From sequence record SRR31156797_6573: a DNA stretch of 64,000 bases. The stretch is one strand, 5' to 3'. Positions 9,005-16,280 of this stretch are shown one piece after another. Position 1 is the stretch's first letter; the number at the start of each line of letters is the position of its first letter. Below the pieces are notes generated by a model. That model was not told where the DNA came from, did not search any database, and saw nothing but the letters and a program-made list of their open reading frames with translations. The position numbers were made by a program, and so were the translations under genes.

Positions 9005-9405
9005 TAGAGCAAAAAATTGCGCATTTAACTTTTATACAGGGGGTCATTAATAGAATGGGGCAAAACTCCTTCTTGCTTAAAGGTTGGAGCGTAACCGTTG
9101 TCGCAGCTTTATTTGCGCTAGCTGCTAAAGATTCAAATAAAATGTTTGCTCTGATAGCATATTTTCCTGCATTTATGTTTTGGTTCATAGATTCCTTTTT
9201 CCTGTATCAAGAAAAGCTTTATCGAAAGCTTTACGAAAAAGTTGCTGAAGACAGTATAAAAAGTGATAGATATACTCTGAGTACGCAACCGCTGAAGACG
9301 GAAGTAGATAGCTATACCGCAGTAGTATTTTCTAAAACATTGTTGCCCTTTCATGGTTGTATTATAGGTGTATTACTAATCGCTATGTTTGGCATATTAA
9401 GTTAG
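9001..9405 (+). CDS. Small multi-TM membrane protein of a family often found next to TIR genes (putative effector)
   Basis: HLTFIQGVINRMGQNSFLLKGWSVT...FWFIDSFFLYQEKLYRKLY; ATGA overlap with the TIR stop; AAGGA RBS. Confidence 0.72.
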   Translation: MIEQKIAHLTFIQGVINRMGQNSFLLKGWSVTVVAALFALAAKDSNKMFALIAYFPAFMFWFIDSFFLYQEKLYRKLYEKVAEDSIKSDRYTLSTQPLKTEVDSYTAVVFSKTLLPFHGCIIGVLLIAMFGILS

Positions 9406-9570
9406 TTCGCATAACAAATATGGGGCCTTTCTGGTTAACAAGCAATAGCTTTGCTGTGTTAGCTACCAATGCTCTCGAACAGCAAAGTCATCTACTTTGT
9501 TTTCCCCAAACTCAACTTATCGGAAATGGGCGATAACGACGACAGTTGCCAACTCACTTCTGTCCACTTT

Positions 9571-9600
9571 CGTTTCAGCCAGCTCTGGCTGAAACGTTTT
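9571..9600 (+). terminator. Perfect inverted repeat plus T4, possible terminator
   Basis: CGTTTCAGCCAG-CT-CTGGCTGAAACG-TTTT. Confidence 0.4.
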
Positions 9601-9855
9601 GCCCCAAAATCGTTTAGCAACTGCTTCTTGACTACTTTTTCTTGCCATTTCTTGACCTAGTTTATCTAATAGCAGACTATGCCCCTAGTTGTGTATTTGG
9701 GATTTACAGACATGCTTTGCCATTTGTTCGGATTGAATAAGCCTGTGAGAGCAATGTGTGACAAGGTCTGTGTCTGCATTTCCTAAAAATATTTTAAAGA
9801 CAATGTCTGCTGAAAAGACACTGTTAGCTTTTAATTGGAGTCAACGCTGATACAT

Positions 9856-10842
9856 ATGAATCTACATGACCGAATACTTGAATTAAAACAAGAACACAGC
9901 GGATATGGGCACAATGGAATTTTATTTTCATTTTCGCTCGAAATGTGCAAAAAAATTGATGCTGCATCGGCGAGTGACTCTTTTGCTGAGAAAACAATTA
10001 GAGAGATATTGAAGCTACTTAAGGGGTATAATGTTGGGTATTCAGAAAAGTTGAAATCCGCATTTGAAGTTTATTCTGAGTTCGCAATATTTCATGAGAT
10101 CATGTCGAAAGGTATTCCTATAAAGAGAGTTCCAGAGGAAAAAGAAGCACGGCCTGATTTTAAAGTGTCAATCGATGGTGAAGACCTCTACCTAGAAGCT
10201 AAGGTGCTTGGCTGGGCTTCGGGCGGTATTCAGCACAATGCGGCTATTAATGACGGTATCGACGCGCAAATATCAATTGAAGAGCAATTAAGTGAGGGTA
10301 AAACTGTCGCTTTTGGTGAATCTGAAATTAGTCCGCTCGGGACCACTAAAGAATCAATTGAACATCCAGAGAAGTACTTTATCGAAGCTATTTCTGCAAA
10401 ATTAAACCAGAATGTAAAGCCAGCTCAGCTGAAGTTAGGCCCTACACTGCTGATTTGTGATCTGACATCCCTAAACCATCCATCAGACCACAGAAAATCA
10501 AGCGTTATCGTTCACAACGACAACATGTATGACAGTTTTTCTTCTGGTGAGCTGTGGCATATCGCATTTGGCGAATATGGCGATAGAATACTGAAGGCTA
10601 TAGAGTTCGAGGGGAAGTCGAATATCAGTGGAAAGCTCCAAAGAAATGGGGTTCTAGTCGAGCATGAAGAACTGATAGGTGTAATATTTAGAGTTTCGAA
10701 GCTTTCGGGGGAATGCTCATATTCTTGTCTTATAAAATCAGAGCACTTTGACAAATATGGTAGCTTGGTAACTCAGCTGAGTGACTTCTGGAATGATGAT
10801 GAAAACTCTAATGCTTGGGAACTTTTAAGTAATGAAAGCTAA
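9856..10842 (+). CDS. Cassette-encoded hypothetical protein with PD-(D/E)xK-like motif
   Basis: RPDF...YLEAK; stop codon lies inside the attC R'' box; alternative TTG start at 9835. Confidence 0.65.
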   Translation: MNLHDRILELKQEHSGYGHNGILFSFSLEMCKKIDAASASDSFAEKTIREILKLLKGYNVGYSEKLKSAFEVYSEFAIFHEIMSKGIPIKRVPEEKEARPDFKVSIDGEDLYLEAKVLGWASGGIQHNAAINDGIDAQISIEEQLSEGKTVAFGESEISPLGTTKESIEHPEKYFIEAISAKLNQNVKPAQLKLGPTLLICDLTSLNHPSDHRKSSVIVHNDNMYDSFSSGELWHIAFGEYGDRILKAIEFEGKSNISGKLQRNGVLVEHEELIGVIFRVSKLSGECSYSCLIKSEHFDKYGSLVTQLSDFWNDDENSNAWELLSNES

Positions 10843-10908
10843 CAAGGCGCTGCAGTCGGACAATTTTTCTGCGGCGCTTCAAAATTGCCGCTGAGCGCGG
10901 CGTTAGGC
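10837..10908 (+). repeat. attC recombination site (72 bp, intact)
   Basis: AGCTAAC-5bp-GCTGCAG...CGGACAATTTT/AAAATTGCCG...CTGAGC-5bp-GTTAGGC, imperfect palindrome with unpaired extra bases. Confidence 0.9.
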
Positions 10909-10928
10909 CCTTATCAGGATATTTACAC

Positions 10929-11522
10929 ATGGATTATTTAACCTTCATCAGCAAATTAATTGACTCGTTGTCGTGGCCAATTGTTACATTGGTTCTAGGT
11001 TTTGCGCTGCGAGTTAAATTAGGTGATTTACTACCTTCTCTGAAAAAAGTTAAAGCGGGTCCAGTTGAAGCTGAATTCAGCATTGAAGCGAGAAAAATAT
11101 ACGACAAATCGCAAAATCTATTAGCAGAGAAGCAAATAGATTCTGAAGGGGATGCTAGAGATACAAAAATTGCGCTCGCAAAAATTCATTCTGCCAGAAA
11201 GGATCCGGTCAAAATGGTGCTTGAGGCGTGGAAAAGTGTTGATGGAGCTCTATTTCGGCTTGGAAAAGATGCTGGAATTTTAATTGACCCGATGGATAGC
11301 TCTAGGAATGTTTACGAGAGAGTTATATCGAATAATTTATTAAAGCCACAAACTAAAGAATTGGTTATTGAAATATATGAAATGAAAAATCGAGTTTCTA
11401 TTGCAAATGTAAAACCTTCTTTAGACTCGGCGAAAGATTATTTAATTGCTGTCGAACAAGTTGTAAATCTTCTAGAAGAAGAGAGGAAAACAGTGGAAAA
11501 AGTTGGTAATGTGACTTGGTAA
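10929..11522 (+). CDS. Cassette-encoded hypothetical protein, N-terminal TM helix and helical C-terminal domain
   Basis: SLSWPIVTLVLGFAL...KAGPVEAEF N-terminal module; AGGA RBS. Confidence 0.7.
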   Translation: MDYLTFISKLIDSLSWPIVTLVLGFALRVKLGDLLPSLKKVKAGPVEAEFSIEARKIYDKSQNLLAEKQIDSEGDARDTKIALAKIHSARKDPVKMVLEAWKSVDGALFRLGKDAGILIDPMDSSRNVYERVISNNLLKPQTKELVIEIYEMKNRVSIANVKPSLDSAKDYLIAVEQVVNLLEEERKTVEKVGNVTW

Positions 11523-11525
11523 TTG

Positions 11526-11632
11526 GCCTAACAAGAAAATCAATGAATGCTTAACGCTTGTTGTAATGAGTTTTAGGTTGCACGGTATTTGTAGTGGCTG
11601 AGTGAATTTGGCCACTGAATTAGAGGTTGTGC
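11526..11632 (+). repeat. Degenerate long (VCR-like) attC site
   Basis: GCCTAACAAGAAAATCAA...GCCACTGAATTAGAGGTTGTGC; R'' matches cassette start, interior poorly paired. Confidence 0.5.
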
Positions 11633-11744
11633 AATACCTGAGATAATCCTTTAAATGCTAATTTAGCAAAATCACTGACTCATTTATGTCCAAAAGTGTT
11701 TCAGCCATTAGTAAAAGGCTTCCTGCTTCACTCATCATTCAAAT

Positions 11745-11771
11745 AAAAAGGCCAGCACCGAAGTGCTGGCC
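11745..11771 (-). terminator. Rho-independent terminator of CoA-disulfide reductase gene
   Basis: GGCCAGCAC-CGAA-GTGCTGGCC with A-tract on the + strand. Confidence 0.8.
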
Positions 11772-11800
11772 AATATCTAGCTAATAGAATATCTCTTGTA

Positions 11801-13498
11801 TTACGCTTTCGCAAACAGGTAAGTACGGTAACCACCAAGTAGGTTACGTGCTTTATAGCCGTTGTTTACTAGTTGACGGTATGCCACGTTTCCGCGTAGA
11901 CCAACTTGACAGTAAATGATGATCTCTTTGTCTTTTGGTAGCTCATCCATACGTTGACGCAACTGGTCAACTGGGATGTTAACCGCACCCGAGAGGAAGC
12001 CATTTTGTAGCTCACCCGGGTTACGTACATCAAGCAAGATTTGATCGTCAGTTAAGCTGTCTAGCTCATCAAAGTGAATCGCTTTGGTATCGCCTTTGAT
12101 AAGGTTGTTCGCAACAAACGCCGCTTGGTTGATGACATCTTTCGCACTGCCGTATGGTGGCGCGTAAGTTAGCTCTAAATGCTCAAGTTGATCAACAGTC
12201 ATACCTGCACGTTGAGCCACTGCCATTACGTCAATACGCTTGTCGATACCATCTTTACCTACGGCTTGTGCGCCGAAGATTTTACCGGTTTTAGGATCGA
12301 ACAGCATTTTAAACGAAACGACTTCAGCGCCAGGGTAGTAGCTAGCATGACTTGCTGTGTGGACATAAACCTTTTGGTATTCAACACCGTCACGTTTCAG
12401 TTGTTTCTCGTTCTTACCGGTTGATGCAACCGCTAAATCGAAAATCTTACAAATCGCCGTACCTTGCGTACCACGGTAAGTTTCTTTACGGCCAAGCATG
12501 TTGTCTGCTGCCATACGACCTTGACGGTTTGCAGGACCAGCCAGAGGAACCATCGTTTGCTGACCCGTCACGAAGTCTTTCTCTTCGATAGCATCGCCTA
12601 CTGCATAGATGGATGGATCGCTGGTTTGCATGTATTCGTTAGTGTAGATACCGCCTAGCTCACCAATTTGCAGGCCAGCTTCTGAAGCTAGTTTGGTTTC
12701 AGGGCGAACACCGATAGCCATGATTAGGATATCCGTTGTTAGTGTGTCACCATCGCTTAGAGTAAGTTCAAGCTCACCATTAATGTGTTGGTGCTCTGAT
12801 TGGCCTGAATCCATGCTTGCAAGTGCCGTTGTTGGCTTGAATTCAACCGATTGAAGAGCAGTGCTTAAACGCAAATCGATGCCTTTAGCTCGAATTTCTG
12901 CATGAGCAAAACCAGCCATTTCACGGTCAACGGGCGTCATTACCTGATCAGCCATTTCCAGCAATGTGGTTTTAATACCTAACTGGTGGAAGGCTTCCAT
13001 CATTTCCAAACCGATAAAACCACCACCCACAACCGTTGCGTGATCCACTTGGTTGGTATTAATGGTTTGGATAATCTTATCCATGTCTGGAATATTACGC
13101 AGTGAATGCGTTAATGGATTATCTAGACCTGGGATTGGCGGCACAACTGGGCCCGCACCAGGGCTTAACAATAGAAAATCATAGCTTTCTGTGTATTCAC
13201 TTTGGTCAAGAAGGTTACGAACTGTGATGGTTTTTTCTTCACGGTTGATGGTCAGAACTTCGTTCATCACGCGAACATCAACGTTAAAACGCGCTAGGAA
13301 ACTTTCAGGTGTTTGCAGTAGTAGATTACCGCGTTCCTTAATGTCTCCGCCGATGTGATATGGCAGTCCGCAGTTAGCAAATGAAACGAAAGGCCCGCGT
13401 TCAAACATAATAATTTGTGCATCTTCGCTTAAACGACGAGCACGAGCCGCAGCAGAAGCGCCACCTGCAACACCACCAATGATCACGATCTTAGTCAT
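11801..13498 (-). CDS. CoA-disulfide/persulfide reductase with C-terminal rhodanese domain (CoADR-RHD/Npsr-like)
   Basis: GGVAGG FAD motif, SFANCGLPY, VVGGGFIGLE, YAPPY, rhodanese YCQVGLRG. Confidence 0.92.
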   Translation of the reverse strand: MTKIVIIGGVAGGASAAARARRLSEDAQIIMFERGPFVSFANCGLPYHIGGDIKERGNLLLQTPESFLARFNVDVRVMNEVLTINREEKTITVRNLLDQSEYTESYDFLLLSPGAGPVVPPIPGLDNPLTHSLRNIPDMDKIIQTINTNQVDHATVVGGGFIGLEMMEAFHQLGIKTTLLEMADQVMTPVDREMAGFAHAEIRAKGIDLRLSTALQSVEFKPTTALASMDSGQSEHQHINGELELTLSDGDTLTTDILIMAIGVRPETKLASEAGLQIGELGGIYTNEYMQTSDPSIYAVGDAIEEKDFVTGQQTMVPLAGPANRQGRMAADNMLGRKETYRGTQGTAICKIFDLAVASTGKNEKQLKRDGVEYQKVYVHTASHASYYPGAEVVSFKMLFDPKTGKIFGAQAVGKDGIDKRIDVMAVAQRAGMTVDQLEHLELTYAPPYGSAKDVINQAAFVANNLIKGDTKAIHFDELDSLTDDQILLDVRNPGELQNGFLSGAVNIPVDQLRQRMDELPKDKEIIIYCQVGLRGNVAYRQLVNNGYKARNLLGGYRTYLFAKA

Positions 13499-13522
13499 AA
13501 TTTACTCCAAGTTTTGTTTCAA

Positions 13523-13563
13523 CTCGCAAAGCTATCAATGTTGATTGATAGCTTTATGGCGAG
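13523..13563. repeat. Intergenic inverted repeat / hairpin
   Basis: AAAGCTATCAAT-GTTG-ATTGATAGCTTT with flanking CTCGC/GCGAG. Confidence 0.55.
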
Positions 13564-13566
13564 CGA

Positions 13567-13752
13567 TTAACGTAAGCCTAATTTTTTCAGAAAATAAACT
13601 GCTGGACATATCCCTGTGAAGGCACTTTGAATCAGGTTGGCACCAACAAATACCGTCAACCAAACAAAGTTAGGGTGGACGAAAGCAGTCAAAATTACTG
13701 AGATCAGTATCATACTGCCAGCCAATACTCTTACACCGTTTTCAATAGTCAT
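13567..13752 (-). CDS. DUF2892 / YgaP-like membrane protein
   Basis: MTIENGVRVLAG...NLIQSAFTGICP; GGAGG RBS before ATG 13752. Confidence 0.85.
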   Translation of the reverse strand: MTIENGVRVLAGSMILISVILTAFVHPNFVWLTVFVGANLIQSAFTGICPAVYFLKKLGLR

Positions 13753-13797
13753 TGTTTTACCCTCCGTTGGATTAATGACCTCACTATAGAACCTTAA

Positions 13798-13882
13798 ATT
13801 AGAAAAGTCTAATGTTAAATTATCTAATTTTAAACTTACTAAATAAGCGTTGACTAATTTAGTTTTATTAGTAGAATCTAAT
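13798..13882. promoter_or_regulatory. Three ATTAG-N6-CTAAT palindromes, probable ArsR-family operators
   Basis: 13798-13813, 13843-13858 (one mismatch), 13867-13882 in the divergent promoter region. Confidence 0.6.
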
Positions 13883-13908
13883 TTATACATTCACAAGAGG
13901 ATTAGACG

Positions 13909-14211
13909 ATGGAAGCTGTCGACATTAATACGATGAAAAAAAATGCAGCAGAAGTCTCTGAACTTCTGAGAATTATGGCGCACCCTGAGCGTCTAATGGT
14001 TTTGTGCCAGCTTACTCAAGGTGAAGTAGGCGTAGGTATGTTACAGCAAGGCTCTTCGCTGAGTCAGTCTGCGTTTTCTCAACACTTAACGGTGCTTCGG
14101 AAACACGGGATCATTCAAGCCCGTAAAGAATCGCAACAAGTGTTTTATTCGCTTGCAGACACGCGCGTAACTCAATTGATTCAAAGCTTACAAACAACGT
14201 TTTGTGGCTAA
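13909..14211 (+). CDS. ArsR/SmtB family regulator (BigR/YgaV/SqrR-like)
   Basis: AHPERLMVLCQL, SQSAFSQHL, C-terminal FC (two Cys). Confidence 0.9.
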   Translation: MEAVDINTMKKNAAEVSELLRIMAHPERLMVLCQLTQGEVGVGMLQQGSSLSQSAFSQHLTVLRKHGIIQARKESQQVFYSLADTRVTQLIQSLQTTFCG

Positions 14212-14248
14212 CTTTTAATCTTTAAACTTTAAAAAAACAGAGGTAGTT

Positions 14249-14668
14249 ATGGCTTTTTCCATTCCATGGGAATCGTTGGCCGGAGGCATATTATTAGGAA
14301 TTTCAGCAACATTGATGTTGCTATTAAATGGAAAGGTAGCAGGCATTAGCGGTATTTTAACCGGCCTGATGACACCAAAAACCAAAGATTTTGCTTGGCG
14401 TTTACTGTTTGCTTTGGGCATGGTCTCAGGTGGTGTAATCGCAGCTTTGATGCTGGGTGGTAATGCACCTGTTCAGTTTGAAACAAGCAGTGCAATGCTC
14501 GCAGTTGCGGGCCTATTAGTTGGGATTGGTACGCGCTTAGGTAACGGTTGTACCAGTGGACATGGTATTTGTGGCATGGGACGTCTGTCTAAGCGTTCTA
14601 TTGTGGCCACCTGCGTATTTATGGCAGTTGCAGGCGTAACGGTGTTCGTTCGCTTCCATGTTCTTTAA
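14249..14668 (+). CDS. YeeE/YedE family sulfur transporter subunit
   Basis: GKVAGISG, GNGCTSGHGICG. Confidence 0.9.
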   Translation: MAFSIPWESLAGGILLGISATLMLLLNGKVAGISGILTGLMTPKTKDFAWRLLFALGMVSGGVIAALMLGGNAPVQFETSSAMLAVAGLLVGIGTRLGNGCTSGHGICGMGRLSKRSIVATCVFMAVAGVTVFVRFHVL

Positions 14669-14760
14669 TCCTCAATAAAAATTTGATTCTTTCTATTTGA
14701 AGCGACAGTAAAAGTTGCTCAGATTTTAAATACGAAGGAACAGCTAATAGGTGTAATAAA

Positions 14761-15219
14761 ATGAATAACATGTTGTTTCGATTAACGTCTTTGATGGCAG
14801 GTATGCTTTTTGGCATAGGTATGATTGTTTCTGGTATGGCAAACCCCGCTAAGGTGTTGGGTTTCCTTGATGTAGCCGGAAACTGGGATCCAAGTTTAAT
14901 GTTTGTAATGGGCGGTGCTTTGATGGTGTTCATGCCATCGTATTTTCTGCTTATTAAGCCGAAACAAAAACCATTAAACGCAGAAAAATTCTGTCTGGCG
15001 ACGAACAAGAAAATTGATAACCGCTTACTCACAGGCGCGGCAATTTTCGGCTTAGGCTGGGGTTTGGCTGGTATTTGTCCGGGGCCTGTTGTTTCAAGCC
15101 TGGCATTAGGTAATTCAGGTGCTTGGATCCTCTTCGCTACGATGATGGTGGGTCTGGGTGCAACGAACCTGTTTATTTGTATGCAAAACGAAAAACAGGC
15201 GCAATCACAAACGGCTTAA
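14761..15219 (+). CDS. YeeE/YedE family sulfur transporter subunit
   Basis: SGMANPAKVLGFLD, WDPSL, GWGLAGICPGP. Confidence 0.9.
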   Translation: MNNMLFRLTSLMAGMLFGIGMIVSGMANPAKVLGFLDVAGNWDPSLMFVMGGALMVFMPSYFLLIKPKQKPLNAEKFCLATNKKIDNRLLTGAAIFGLGWGLAGICPGPVVSSLALGNSGAWILFATMMVGLGATNLFICMQNEKQAQSQTA

Positions 15220-15273
15220 GCTTTCTATGTAACACATCTCGTTGGAATGGCTTAAGCACTAAGGAGAGTGACT

Positions 15274-16278
15274 ATGAGATGGTTAACTTTAAGTATTGCA
15301 ATGGCATTAGCCGCTACAGGCTATGCCAATGCAGAACAGGTCAGTGAACGTTACATCGTAAAAAGTGAGTCGCTCCCTCAAGTGGTTCAGCTTGATGGTG
15401 TGGTTCAACCGATTAATCAAGGTACGGTCGCTTCGCAAACCTCAGGTCGAATTGTTGGCTTAAACGTCGATGTCAATGACTATGTGAAGCAAGGAACGGT
15501 ATTGCTAGAAATCAGCGCCGTTCAGCAATCCGCATCATTTGATGCGGCTCAAGCTCAACTCGCAAGTGCGATTGCTCAAGATAGAGAAGCCCAAGCACAA
15601 GTTAAGCGTTACCGCTTGCTTTTCCCTAAGGGGGCAATCTCTCAAGATATTATGGATTCGGCTGAAGCGCGCGCTCGCAGTGCGGCCGCTGCGGTAAAAT
15701 CTGCTCGCGCATCAGTAGCGCAAGCCAAAGAGTCACTCGGTTATACCAGCGTGACTGCCCCTTATGATGGCGTTGTGACCCAAAGATTTGTCGAACTCGG
15801 CGAAACCGTTGCCCCTGGTACGCCACTGATTAGCGGTTTTTCTATCGATAAACTTCGCGTAGAAACCGAAATTCCCCAGCGTTATCAACCTAATGTCTCT
15901 GATGTTGCTCAGTTTGAAGTCGTATCACCACAGGGTGAGCGTGTACTGCCTATTGAGTACAGTTTGTTTAGCTACGCTGATCCACAATCGCACACGTTCA
16001 AAATTCGCCTTAATTTGCCAGAGCAAACCTCTGCGTTTGTGCCGGGAATGTGGGTCAAAACCGAATTCCATTTTGGCGACAGAGACACCATCTTAATTCC
16101 TAACAGCTCGGTTGTGCGAAGAGCTGAACTGAGTTCTGTTTTTCGTATACAAGGCGAAAGTCGCGTGCTAAACCCAGTGCGACTAGGCCAAACCTACGGT
16201 GAATACACAGAAGTGCTGTCAGGCCTTGAAGAAGGTGACGTCATTTCTACTACCGCTCTTAACGCAGAAGGTAAGTAA
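15274..16278 (+). CDS. RND efflux periplasmic adaptor (MFP)
   Basis: Signal peptide, SGRIVGLNVDVND and APYDGVV biotinyl-lipoyl motifs, coiled hairpin. Confidence 0.9.
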   Translation: MRWLTLSIAMALAATGYANAEQVSERYIVKSESLPQVVQLDGVVQPINQGTVASQTSGRIVGLNVDVNDYVKQGTVLLEISAVQQSASFDAAQAQLASAIAQDREAQAQVKRYRLLFPKGAISQDIMDSAEARARSAAAAVKSARASVAQAKESLGYTSVTAPYDGVVTQRFVELGETVAPGTPLISGFSIDKLRVETEIPQRYQPNVSDVAQFEVVSPQGERVLPIEYSLFSYADPQSHTFKIRLNLPEQTSAFVPGMWVKTEFHFGDRDTILIPNSSVVRRAELSSVFRIQGESRVLNPVRLGQTYGEYTEVLSGLEEGDVISTTALNAEGK

Positions 16279-16280
16279 TT

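Larger units (their letters stand above)
9823..11632 (+). mobile_element. Two tandem integron gene cassettes without adjacent integrase (CALIN-like)
   Basis: GTTAGCT (9823) is the reverse complement of AGCTAAC (10837); GTTAGGC (10902) is the reverse complement of GCCTAAC (11526); one ORF per cassette. Confidence 0.8.

Noticed and set aside
13753-13890. N-terminal extension of the DUF2892 ORF
   Set aside because: Spans the operator/promoter region; a strong RBS supports ATG 13752
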